Virus record (IMG/VR): IMGVR_UViG_3300035181_000471
Span: 157,218-221,217 of that record
Reading direction: 5' to 3' (one strand)
Length of the DNA stretch: 64,000 bases
A program made the position numbers and the translations under genes. This document shows positions 19,864 through 30,100 of the stretch, piece by piece; position 1 is the first letter of the stretch, and every line of letters starts with the position of its first letter. Below the pieces are notes generated by a model. It was not told the origin of the DNA. It saw nothing but the letters and a program-made list of their open reading frames with translations, and ran no database searches.

Positions 19864-22800
19864 ATGATGAGTAATGTTCAAAAGTCTTTCACTACAATGG
19901 GTCTACAGGCCGTTCTTGGTGCTGTAACCAATGCAGTCATTGAGGCCGAAAAGAAGGCCAAGAGTTCCAGGGAGATTCAGTCCCTAGACATCCTTCGTCC
20001 AGGACTTCGCCAGGATCTATACATTGGCAAGCTAATGGTCGTTCCTTACAATGTCATGGAAGATGTCAGCAAGGTTCCCCTACCTCTACTCAAAGGCGCT
20101 ACCCTAAGTCTATTTGATGGTGAGGAAGCCTCCTGCCTAGAAGCTCATAGACTAGCTGAGACCGAATTCGATGAGCTAGAGCCTAAGGACTTCGTAACCT
20201 ACAAGGATAAGGTCTTCCGTGATGAAGATGGTAAACTGGGGTGCCTCTGTGTGTTCCTACCCGCTTGGTCTAATCCTCGTGATTACGCTGGCTTCCGCTT
20301 TGTCAAGGACGCCACTAAGCTAGAGCAGTTGATTCGTCACTTAGTATTCTCCGCTTATTTCAAGCCTTCTCTCTCCGCAATGTTCGACATTCTAGAAGAG
20401 GACCAGCTAAAGCTTGACGCCGTAAACATCCAGCACGAACACATGGGGCCAATGTCTGAACTAATGGCTAAATCCAACACCTACCCTGTGCTTGAGAGCG
20501 GTGCTACAAAGACCGCTGGGGTGGCTAGGAAGCCTCTATTGAGGTTTGCTGCATCCGAGATCAACTCCATTAAAGAGGAGTTCCTAAGCCCCGAAGAGAA
20601 GGCTGTAATGGATCAACTATCTGAAGCTGTGGTATCCAAAGCTTCTTCTTTATCTGATGGGCCTACGGGTCACACCTATAATCACAGCAATGGCATAGTC
20701 CCTCAAAGAGGCGGCTATAATGACAGACCAGCGTCAGAGCCAGTAACCAACGCCTGCCGTAAATGCAATGAAAGCCTAGACGGAAATAAGAGTGATTACT
20801 ATTGCGATAAGTGTAACATGCCTCTCAAGAAGTATGCTGAAGGTGAGGAGCCAGTAGAGGCTTCCATGATGCGTATTGGTGACGAGGATGGCGCTGTTGT
20901 ATCCGGCCCTAACACAGATGAAGATCTAATCATTGCCATCGCCAAGGATGCAGAAGACCTAGTATCCGAGAAATATCTAGCTTTGGGAGACTCTCTGGAC
21001 CTAGTTGAGAATGTCGATTCCGGCGCTTACGATCTGGCTCTTGAAGAGGCTATTTACGAAATCATGGAAAAGAAGTCCATTCCTTACCATGATGCCGAGG
21101 AAGTTGCCGCTAAGGTCAAGGAGTACTTGACTGAAGAATGGGACGGAGAGACCACTGAAGGATGGGACGAAGAGAAGGTAGACGGACTAGACCCCGAGCT
21201 AGAAGCGGAACTAAACAGTGTCTACGGTGATCCCGACATTGACATTGATGCTGAAGAATCCAAGACCTCTTCCAAGAAAGTTGCATTCATTGACTTTTTC
21301 GGTAAGTGTGAGAAGTGCGGCGCTCTAGTTGGTGTCCCCCCAGGTTCCGCTCCCGAGGGTCATGCGATCCTCTGCCCCAAGTGCCAGGGTGGGGATAACG
21401 ACCCCAAGAAGACTTCTTCCAAGAAGAAGGCCGGTAATCCTACCGCTGGGTCCGTGGGTAACCACAAAGCTGAGCCTAAGAAGGCTACTCCTACTTCTTG
21501 GTCTGTAGATAACACTAGACCTGAACCCTCTACTCTTCCTCAGGAAACCACTGAAGAGCAGATCGAAGCCAAGGAAAAGACTACCCCCAGTATTAATACT
21601 TCCGTATCTGCAAGCCTAAAGTTCGCTAAGGCCACTGAATACTTTGATGTGGTAAGAGAAGAACTACAAGAGCCCGAAGAAGCTGCCGTTACTGATGACT
21701 CCGGCCTAGATGTCCCAACTGAAGTCCAGACTGCCGCCGATGTTCTCTCTGAGGATTTCGCTGGTCAGAGGGGCCTAGGCTCCAAGCCTGACTATGATTC
21801 TGAAAAGTCGGTTGGTGCCATTGAGCCAGAGGACGCAGAGAAAGAGCCTAAGAAGACTCCAGAAGATGTGGAGAGAGAACTAAATTCTCCCGCTGAAGAG
21901 AAGCCAGAGCCTAAGAAGACTCCAGAAGATGTGGAGAAGGAACTGGACGAGCCTAAGCCTGAGGAAAAGGCCAAGGAAGAGAAAGAAGAGCCCACCCCTA
22001 AGCAGGGCGGATTAAAAAAAAAATTAAATAAAGAGGCTATCACCTACCAGCATCCTGGTGACGGACTTCACGCTCTAGACATGGATCAGGAGGATGTTCT
22101 TCTCCGTCCAGAGTCTCTCAGCGCCCCCAAAATTAGCAAAAAGAAGCTAGCCTTTGACTGGGCCACTCCTGGACAAGTTCTAAGAGAATTCCAGCCTGGA
22201 TTATACAATCAGCTTCAGGATCAAATGCACGACAGGGATGACTACTTCCCCGTAGAAGAGTCCATGAATAAACCAACCTCTCATCCAGGAGAGCCTAGCC
22301 GTGATGAGAGCAATGCAGAAGAAAAGCACACGCTAACTTCTCCCGGCCTAGTATCTACTGAATCCGGTGGCGGAACCCCTCTTCGCTCTCAGGAGAGAAA
22401 CATCCGTGGACCCTTCTTCATGGATCAGTTCTACAAGATTCACGCTGATATTGCTCCTGCGAACTTGACCGTGAAGTCCTCCTCCCTGAAGACGGCATCC
22501 AACGAAGAGAAACAGAGCTTAGTCTCTGACTACCTCCTCAAGCTTTCTGCTGAGATCGGGTCTTCCCTACTAGCCGCTTGCATGGTAACTGACAAGCCTT
22601 CATTCGTTGGAGTCCCAACTGAAGGAACTATCGACCTAAGCAATGGTTGGACGGAAATGAACTCCATGTTTGCAACTGCAAATCCTATGGTTGCACAGCT
22701 TAAGTCACTATTTGAATCCATCTCCGATAGTGAACTTTCTGATGCTATTAATGACGCTTGGTCTCAAGCCGCAGTATGGAAAAGCTCTGGAATCCAGGCA

Positions 22801-22893
22801 TTCTTATACGAAGTCTTCGTCAGAATCGAATCTGTTGATACCGAAACCATGCTAGTCAAATACAAGTTCATAACCAGCCTAAAAGAAAAGTAA
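19864..22893 (+). CDS. large K-x-A-segmented polyprotein, putative head cargo
   Basis: 1009 aa with two CxxC-CxxC ribbons, acidic segments, and linkers KTAG, KKYA, KTSSKKVA, KTSSKKKAG, LKFA, KKLA, LKTAS. Confidence 0.6.
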   Translation: MMSNVQKSFTTMGLQAVLGAVTNAVIEAEKKAKSSREIQSLDILRPGLRQDLYIGKLMVVPYNVMEDVSKVPLPLLKGATLSLFDGEEASCLEAHRLAETEFDELEPKDFVTYKDKVFRDEDGKLGCLCVFLPAWSNPRDYAGFRFVKDATKLEQLIRHLVFSAYFKPSLSAMFDILEEDQLKLDAVNIQHEHMGPMSELMAKSNTYPVLESGATKTAGVARKPLLRFAASEINSIKEEFLSPEEKAVMDQLSEAVVSKASSLSDGPTGHTYNHSNGIVPQRGGYNDRPASEPVTNACRKCNESLDGNKSDYYCDKCNMPLKKYAEGEEPVEASMMRIGDEDGAVVSGPNTDEDLIIAIAKDAEDLVSEKYLALGDSLDLVENVDSGAYDLALEEAIYEIMEKKSIPYHDAEEVAAKVKEYLTEEWDGETTEGWDEEKVDGLDPELEAELNSVYGDPDIDIDAEESKTSSKKVAFIDFFGKCEKCGALVGVPPGSAPEGHAILCPKCQGGDNDPKKTSSKKKAGNPTAGSVGNHKAEPKKATPTSWSVDNTRPEPSTLPQETTEEQIEAKEKTTPSINTSVSASLKFAKATEYFDVVREELQEPEEAAVTDDSGLDVPTEVQTAADVLSEDFAGQRGLGSKPDYDSEKSVGAIEPEDAEKEPKKTPEDVERELNSPAEEKPEPKKTPEDVEKELDEPKPEEKAKEEKEEPTPKQGGLKKKLNKEAITYQHPGDGLHALDMDQEDVLLRPESLSAPKISKKKLAFDWATPGQVLREFQPGLYNQLQDQMHDRDDYFPVEESMNKPTSHPGEPSRDESNAEEKHTLTSPGLVSTESGGGTPLRSQERNIRGPFFMDQFYKIHADIAPANLTVKSSSLKTASNEEKQSLVSDYLLKLSAEIGSSLLAACMVTDKPSFVGVPTEGTIDLSNGWTEMNSMFATANPMVAQLKSLFESISDSELSDAINDAWSQAAVWKSSGIQAFLYEVFVRIESVDTETMLVKYKFITSLKEK
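21843..21937 (+). repeat. in-frame direct repeat (EPKKTPEDVE x2)
   Basis: AGAGCCTAAGAAGACTCCAGAAGATGTGGAGA occurs twice. Confidence 0.85.
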
Positions 22894-22902
22894 GGGGACA
22901 AC

Positions 22903-23238
22903 ATGGAAAAGAAAGCCACCATTCCAATGCTGGGCAATCTAAAGTTTGCTAGCGATGTAGCTGAGTATCTATACACTCTTGAATTTGATAGATCCATTGG
23001 GTTGCCGGAGGATATCGGCTGGCACGGACTCTATGTTGGTGACTTAGCTGATGGTGCTGGGTTTGACCAGTTAACAACTGCTGATCAAGAGGCCCTAAAA
23101 ACTGCATCAGCCGCCATCCTAATGGAAGACGAACATCACTTTGTAGACGCTGAATTTTTCGATGACGAGCAGGAAGCCAAAAGAACCTGGGAAGACATCG
23201 AAGATAGTTATTACGACTTTTATGATAAGAGATCATAA
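22903..23238 (+). CDS. small acidic protein (KKAT, KFAS motifs)
   Basis: 111 aa with GGGGA RBS. Confidence 0.6.
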   Translation: MEKKATIPMLGNLKFASDVAEYLYTLEFDRSIGLPEDIGWHGLYVGDLADGAGFDQLTTADQEALKTASAAILMEDEHHFVDAEFFDDEQEAKRTWEDIEDSYYDFYDKRS

Positions 23239-23247
23239 GGAGCTAAG

Positions 23248-23844
23248 ATGTACGAACTTAAACCAGGACATATCCTCTTAGCTGAGAAAACTAGAGGATG
23301 GAAACTCTCTAACTTCTTCCCATTTGCAATTCGACTTATCACTGGCAACAAAATCACTCATGTTGCCATAGTAGAGTCTTGTGATTTAAATTCTGTCTCC
23401 TACTGGGACGCCAACTCTGGTAAGGGAGTAAAATGTTCTCTAGTTCCCAACATGGAAAATTCAAAAGAAGGCGGTCTACTACTAGCCAACGATATGGTTG
23501 TAACTAAGGTCGCGGAGCTTCCACTTATTGATAGCATTCATGTTAGTGCTATTATAAATGAACTTCATTTGCTTGAAGGCTCTAAGTATAATTATGCCAG
23601 TATTCTTACATTAATGAAAGACCACATTCTAAGACAATTCTACACTCTACCTACCACAAAACCAGATTCAAGTTTTGGTAGAAAGTTCACTTGCTCTCAG
23701 CTTGTGACCCACCTTCTTTTGAAGGCCGGATTCCCTTTCTCCAGGCTATTTACGACCGTGACTTACCCAGCCCTAGTAGAGCCAGATAATTTCACAACCG
23801 CTCCATTCGTGGTTATTCCCCTCTCTGAATTAAAGAGGGGTTAG
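23248..23844 (+). CDS. permuted papain-like (YiiX/NlpC-P60) amidase/peptidase
   Basis: LKPGHILL...THVAIV...G.KYNY...FTCSQLV...VEPDN. His precedes Cys, the permuted NlpC/P60 order. Confidence 0.8.
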   Translation: MYELKPGHILLAEKTRGWKLSNFFPFAIRLITGNKITHVAIVESCDLNSVSYWDANSGKGVKCSLVPNMENSKEGGLLLANDMVVTKVAELPLIDSIHVSAIINELHLLEGSKYNYASILTLMKDHILRQFYTLPTTKPDSSFGRKFTCSQLVTHLLLKAGFPFSRLFTTVTYPALVEPDNFTTAPFVVIPLSELKRG

Positions 23845-26800
23845 CACGATTGAGTATAGCGAGGGTTCATTGGCGATGATAGCCCATGCCGTTCCAGCTA
23901 CATTCCCCCAATCAGAGACATAAGAAACTTGATCAGGAAGCAGGGAGTAGGCCCAACCATAATCTGGCATTCTATTGGGTAGGATTCCATTGTTAATCGT
24001 AACAATGGTGCTACTGTTTGATCCCAGCTTTCTGGCTAACAGTTCATATTGGAATGTGCCCTCTGACCAAGGATACGGGGATACTCCTGGGTATCCTCTG
24101 TCTGGTAGGTAGGGGACAAAGCCAGTTACAAGACCCACCGTCATTCTGAAGGCAAGAGCGTTAATGGATGCGGCTGTAGCTTTGGCAGTCTCTCCAGCGG
24201 CCAGTAAGAACATGGCTCCCCAAGTGTTTAAGTCCAGTGCATCAGCCGTATCTGGTGTTCCGTTGAACCCCTGGTAAAAACGCTCGGCATCTGCATTCCA
24301 AAGTTCTGCTACAATGGCTGTTTTCAGGCTGTTAGCTTCCGTGGTGTAAGAAGACACTCCTGTTACATGACCACAAGCCTGAAGAGCAAAATAGCAATCA
24401 ATGTTATGCTCGGTTGAGAACCAAGCAATAGGAGCGTTAGCGTAAACATCATTAGTGTAAACACCCCTGCCACCCTTAATCAATTGGTGGGGACCGACTG
24501 TAGCTTTGTCCTGTAGGAGTCTGTCTACACCCGCACGAGCAGCAGTAGTGGCCGCAGTTGCAAACTGTCCTTCAGGCATTAGATGAGCGTAAAGAAGGAG
24601 AGCGTAGCAACACCAAGCGTGAGCGCCAGTCCTATAGTAAGGATCAACACTTAACCCAGTAGTTGCATCAAAGCTGAAATACCACTCCTTAGAGGTTGAA
24701 TCTTGCGCTTTGATGAGCCATTCAGCGAGGAAGTCTGGTGTGTTAGGGTCTTGAACTTTGTAAGCCAATGATGCAATCAAGGCAACTGCCTGATCGTAAG
24801 CGTAGCATCGGTTACTCAGAGAGGCATACGCAGAATCGGTTGGAGGAATAATGTAGCTTCTAACCAAACCGCCATGATTTCTAGTGATCTCTGCGCGACT
24901 TCCAGGTGTTCCTGAAGCGGCTACGAGCTTTGCCGTGTAATCACCATCTAGGTAAGTCCAGGGTCTATTTCCGGTAGACCAAGTTTGATTGGTCAATGCT
25001 GGTACGGTGTCGATGTAGTATTCGATGTCCGTCTTTTTCCAAAGTTCAACTGCGTAATTTGGGTCGATAGATGCGGTGTAATCAGTGGTGGCAACCAAAG
25101 TATAAACAAAGTTACCCGTGCCAGTCCATTTGAGGGTTCCAGTGCCAGTGCTTTGAGCCAGAGTGACGGTAGCTCCGCTTAATGTGTAATCGGTCACTGA
25201 AGCCGTGCCACCAGTCGGAGTTGGTATAAAGCTAGTTCTAACTGTACCAAGCTCCACTTGAGGGTGACTAAATCTAATGGTTCCAGTTCCAGCCGCTACA
25301 GTGCCAATACCACAACGCAAGGTTGTAGCACCACTAGTTGCTCCAATTGTTAGTATTGTAGTAAGTATCCCAGTAGTTAAAGTTCCTGCTGCTGTTCCAG
25401 ATGGATTAGCTGGGCAAACAGGGTAAGTTATTGTGCCACTGGGGAGGGCACCACCAAGAACTTCCTGGGCAGTCAAACCACCAGAAACCGCCTCGACTAA
25501 CATGGAAAAACAGTAAGAAGTATTTGCATTCAGTGTGACTGTCTGGCTAAGGTAAGGTCTCTGCGCCGTAGCCGTTTGAGTGTAGGCTGTTCCAGGTCCA
25601 CCCAAAGTAGAGGCACCAGGAGTGGAAGTTCCAGTCGCAGTTGGTTGAGTCCATCCAGTTGGGGCCGCGCCTCCTCCCGTTAATAAAGAGTTCCAGAAGC
25701 TATTGGTTCTTGAAGTGGGGAGGAGCGGAATAGTCCCCTGCCAATCCGTGCGAGTTAGGGTACTGATTGTTGGAGATTGACTTGTTAACCCACCTAATGC
25801 CGTAAGGGTAAACGAAGTGCCGGAGCCACTAATAACTTCGTTTGTAAAGGATAGTGGCTGACTGGTTCCTTCTCCGAATTTCAGAAGCTTTGCAACTTTG
25901 TATCCAGCAGAGGCGTTAGCTATCGACCAATGCCCACTACCATCTAGCACGGAGTAGTAAGGTAGGGTAGGGTATTCCACATTAGCCACAATATCAAATG
26001 CAAGAACTCGGTAAAGTGGATAGTCGGTTACTACAACGCCTGAAACAGAACCAGCAATGGGGCCAGTGTAAGCGTCAGAGTAGCTACCTGAAAAAGATAC
26101 GGACCCTGTAAATGGAGCCGTGTAGTTAGGTGCGGTCCAATTACCTCTACCGGCAAAACTATTTGGAGTTGTGTGAGTGTAGGAAATGTCGTAACCTGGA
26201 GTTGCATTCAGAGCTTTTGTCTGGTTCAAGATCCACTTTCGTTCTTGGTAGAACCCGTTCCAGTTGATCAGGTCAGACAGGTCAGTTGAAGCGTAGTAGT
26301 TGCTGAAGTCTGCGTAAGCCTGATCCTGAACGAAGTCCAAGTGAAGAAAGACATTAGCTTCAATGTAAGAACCCTCTTCAGGTACAAACGATACGGTGAC
26401 TCTACCAGAACAGTATTGAATGGCCTTAGGCTCTAAGCGAGAGTGAGGGTAGATGGTAGTCGTGCCAAACTCATTAGCGTCCACAATGGCTTCATTCACA
26501 ATGATTCCAGTCAGGCTAGTGTCACCAGTCATATAACCAGCAACCGTTACAGTTAGATTATTACCAACGAAGCCAGAGAAGGTGATAGAGTCTCCGATCT
26601 TTACTCCGTCTTCCGGCCAAGATCCCAAGGAACGGATGATGGTTTTGGTGGAAGCATCAAAAGTTAAATTGCCAGTATCCAAGACTCTTGTTGGGGAGAA
26701 GTTGTCTAGCAGGGCATTCATGTCACCCTGGATGAACGACATCCATACAGTAAAGGGATTAGTTGACTGATCGAATATCGTCAAGCTAGTGGCTGAGGTT

Positions 26801-27078
26801 AGAATGACAGACTCTCTTGGGAACTCAATGGTGGCTCCGCGATTATCGCCTCTGCCCTCAGTGGCCCAGGAAGCCATCTGGAGGGGATCTAGAACCCCAT
26901 TAATATAGTGCTTTCCATCGAAGCTAAAACCAGTTAACCCTAGAGTTGGGTTGAAAAACGCATCGTTGTCTTCTACACGGATTACACAGGAAGCCGTGGC
27001 TCCGCTTCCAAACATCTGCTGTAGTCCCGTGGAGTCCAGGGACGAAGAAGAAATCAAGGGTGGAAAAGTGTTAACCAT
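23830..27078 (-). CDS. virion/fibre protein with C-terminal (alpha/alpha)6 glycosidase-like domain
   Basis: 1082 aa with a Thr/Gly-rich carbohydrate-binding-like centre (PQVELGTVRTSFIPT). C-terminus YAYDQAVA...TGAHAW...STEHNID...LWN...RFYQG...ALD.NTW...WSEGT. Has its own AGGAG RBS and late motif. Confidence 0.65.
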   Translation of the reverse strand: MVNTFPPLISSSSLDSTGLQQMFGSGATASCVIRVEDNDAFFNPTLGLTGFSFDGKHYINGVLDPLQMASWATEGRGDNRGATIEFPRESVILTSATSLTIFDQSTNPFTVWMSFIQGDMNALLDNFSPTRVLDTGNLTFDASTKTIIRSLGSWPEDGVKIGDSITFSGFVGNNLTVTVAGYMTGDTSLTGIIVNEAIVDANEFGTTTIYPHSRLEPKAIQYCSGRVTVSFVPEEGSYIEANVFLHLDFVQDQAYADFSNYYASTDLSDLINWNGFYQERKWILNQTKALNATPGYDISYTHTTPNSFAGRGNWTAPNYTAPFTGSVSFSGSYSDAYTGPIAGSVSGVVVTDYPLYRVLAFDIVANVEYPTLPYYSVLDGSGHWSIANASAGYKVAKLLKFGEGTSQPLSFTNEVISGSGTSFTLTALGGLTSQSPTISTLTRTDWQGTIPLLPTSRTNSFWNSLLTGGGAAPTGWTQPTATGTSTPGASTLGGPGTAYTQTATAQRPYLSQTVTLNANTSYCFSMLVEAVSGGLTAQEVLGGALPSGTITYPVCPANPSGTAAGTLTTGILTTILTIGATSGATTLRCGIGTVAAGTGTIRFSHPQVELGTVRTSFIPTPTGGTASVTDYTLSGATVTLAQSTGTGTLKWTGTGNFVYTLVATTDYTASIDPNYAVELWKKTDIEYYIDTVPALTNQTWSTGNRPWTYLDGDYTAKLVAASGTPGSRAEITRNHGGLVRSYIIPPTDSAYASLSNRCYAYDQAVALIASLAYKVQDPNTPDFLAEWLIKAQDSTSKEWYFSFDATTGLSVDPYYRTGAHAWCCYALLLYAHLMPEGQFATAATTAARAGVDRLLQDKATVGPHQLIKGGRGVYTNDVYANAPIAWFSTEHNIDCYFALQACGHVTGVSSYTTEANSLKTAIVAELWNADAERFYQGFNGTPDTADALDLNTWGAMFLLAAGETAKATAASINALAFRMTVGLVTGFVPYLPDRGYPGVSPYPWSEGTFQYELLARKLGSNSSTIVTINNGILPNRMPDYGWAYSLLPDQVSYVSDWGNVAGTAWAIIANEPSLYSIVLTPL

Positions 27079-27177
27079 AGAGACCGTTACTCCTACTAAA
27101 GTGTTTGAAAGTAGTTCTTCCAGCCAGAAACGAACTTCTGACTTCTTTTTTGAGCGTCTTTATGTTGAGGCTGATGA

Positions 27178-30100
27178 ATGACTAAGAGATATCCCCCTGC
27201 TTCAGTTAGCAGAACACTAGATCCCGCAGGTAGGAGCTTTACTACCGTTGTCGGAAAACATGACCGCAGATTAACTGATGCGGATATTAACCTTATCCAA
27301 GATATCCAGGATTATAAAAACTACAAAAAAGTAGACAATGACATCTTTTCTGGAATGATGGGCTACCAGCCGTTTATCCTCAATCCAACCAAGGAAAACT
27401 CCTTCACGGTGCCCGCCTTCGATGTCATGTTTAACGGTGAAGTGGTTACAATCGGTGGAAACAAGTCCTCGGATTTGAAGTCTAACTTGGTTACTCTCCC
27501 CGCTCCTCGGTCCAGGGGACCTATCAATAACGAAGAAGCTGGCCTATTCATCGTCTACTTAGAACTCTGGTATCGTGGCTTAGACCCCACTACTGGCGAT
27601 GGCTACCAGGTATCCGGCTCCCAGAACTTCATCTACCCTAACGGCTGTATTGAAGCCGATGCATCTCAGCTAATCCCTGACGATGCCATCGACCCATTCC
27701 AGGGGCTAAACACTACCTCTAGAAGCCAGATTCAGTGGGCCATTCGTGTGACCCCAGTGTCTCTATTCTACGACTTCTCCAAGTACCGCTTCGGCCTAGA
27801 CCCAGGCGCTAACTTGGCCTATGAGACTATTTTTGGAAGAGCCTTCCTACCATCTCCGCCAGAGACAAGTTCTCTAACCTATGCATTCAAAAACATGGGA
27901 ACCATCAATGGTGACTATGGCCTATGGAGAGCCGGAGATGGTGAGGTTGTCCCCGCCATTCCAACACTCGATGGTTATACCTACGCAATGCCTATGGCTG
28001 TGGTCTTCCAGAGAAACACTGGTCTATTCGATCAGGCTCTAAACCCATTCGGTTGCGGAGCCAATGTCGCTGACTCTTCTGGCACTCTAGCCACTATTTC
28101 AGGCCGTTACGACAGAAAATTTGCTGATGCCATCTATGACTCTGACATTGTAGACACCAGAATGACTGTATCTCTACAGGGTTATGACTGGGGTAAACTA
28201 CTAAATAATTCCTTCGCAGATCTCGTGGGTGGAGACACCAACCTAAAGATCTCCAGAGGCGAAACCCCAGGTAACCTACCTGTGGCCGTGGCTTCTAGAC
28301 CTTCCTACACCGTTGCAATCAGCCCAACTACGATGGCTAACACCGATAATCAGGGTGTGTTTGACGGCTACATGAACGGTTTCGGAACTGATGACCGTGT
28401 TTACTACACCACCAAGTCTTTCTCTGTCTCCAACAAGGCTGTAGGCATCAACGGGGCTAGATGGGAGAAGGGTGACGCAATCCAGCTAGACCTTTCCGAA
28501 CTAGCCGCTACCACCGCTCCTGTAGTAGCTTATGTACTGACCCAGGCGCTAGTCTTACAGATTGATGGTTCTAATTCCTTTGAGCCTGTCATGCTTCTAA
28601 ACGGACAGATCGAAGTAACCGGAATCGGGTCTAGACAAGTAGTTGTTAAGATTCTACAGGATCTAAAGAACACTCCTTATGACCCAGGTCTCCAGGATTT
28701 ATATGTGACCATCGGAGTTCGCTACGGGGTTCAGGTGGCCGCTACTGGCATCTCTGGATACTCTACAGTAAAGACCCCATTCTCCATCGAGGGCGGCGCT
28801 CTATTCGATTACGAATCCCTAAAGACCCTACCAGTATTCGGCATTTCCGACTTCAGAACAACGAAGAATTTCTCTGCTGGAGACCTACAACTTGTCTCCT
28901 ACAACCCTCAGTATTCCAACAAGGTATTCGGAACTAGAGCAGAAGTTATCGTAGCCGCTGAGGATGGAAGCGAAGATGTCCAACCCACCTATACCCACAC
29001 TACCTACAGTATCCCAAGATTAGGGCTAGCTGGTGTCTACACAGGACTCTATGTAGTGAAAGCTAGGGACCAAGTTTCTGGTAAGAGCTACACGGTCATC
29101 AGCAATGAAATCTTTGATGAAACCATTAGCGTTGTTCTAAACGGATCTATCCCAGCGCACACTAGCGTTGTGTTATCCGTCCTACTAGACAAGACTACGC
29201 AGATGGGTTACAACGCACCCGTCAAGGCTATTACTGGAATCAAGGAAACTGTCATTATCGGAAACATTTCGAACTCAAGCTTTGAAACCGATAATAGAGT
29301 CAAGATCGTATCCAAGAAGATTGTTGGTGGAAACTATGTTATTCTGCTTGCCTCCAACAACTGTGTTCTCTCTGGTATCTCTGGTGATGATAACAACAAA
29401 TTCCTCTTCATTGAACAGGTACAAGAGGGGGAGGGTGGGCCACCAGCTACTTCTTATACTTCTTGGCCTATTGCTTCTGCTAGTTTCACTAATGCATTCG
29501 TCACTTTGACTGTCCCCATCTCTGCCAACGGTTTAAGCATCAACCTAGACAGTAGCAAGTTCTTCCTAGTCGGTGCTATTGCTCCAGCCCTCGATCCTCA
29601 GTCCTCACTAGTCTTCACTTTCGACTACATCCCCTACCAGGGAGAGGGCGAGACTGATAGAGAATACTCCTTCATTCATTCTGATGAGCTAGCTCACATT
29701 ACTACTAACGGAACAGGTGCCGCTCCTATTGTCGGTCTAAAGGATGTCTACCCTTACAATCGTGAACTTCCTATGGCTACCATTCTTCCTTCTCAGCCAA
29801 CTTGGGATGATGCTGAATTGAACAACCAAGCCGTATCTGGTTACTTTGATAGTAATTATGATGCAAAGAAGTTTTCCAATGTTGAACATACTTTTGCCAC
29901 CCCCTTGAAGACAAATGACTTTATTGAACCAGTAGCTAGCTGGAGAAGAAAGAAAATCAAGCTTTCCACCCCATCCGGTCGTGGTTTCGCTAAGGCGTTC
30001 CCTCATGTTGGCTTCGCTATTCGTCCTCCTGCACCAAAAGCAGTCCAGGGAAACCCTGTTCTAGCCACTACCGGAGCCATCTACCTCTATGTAAACAACG

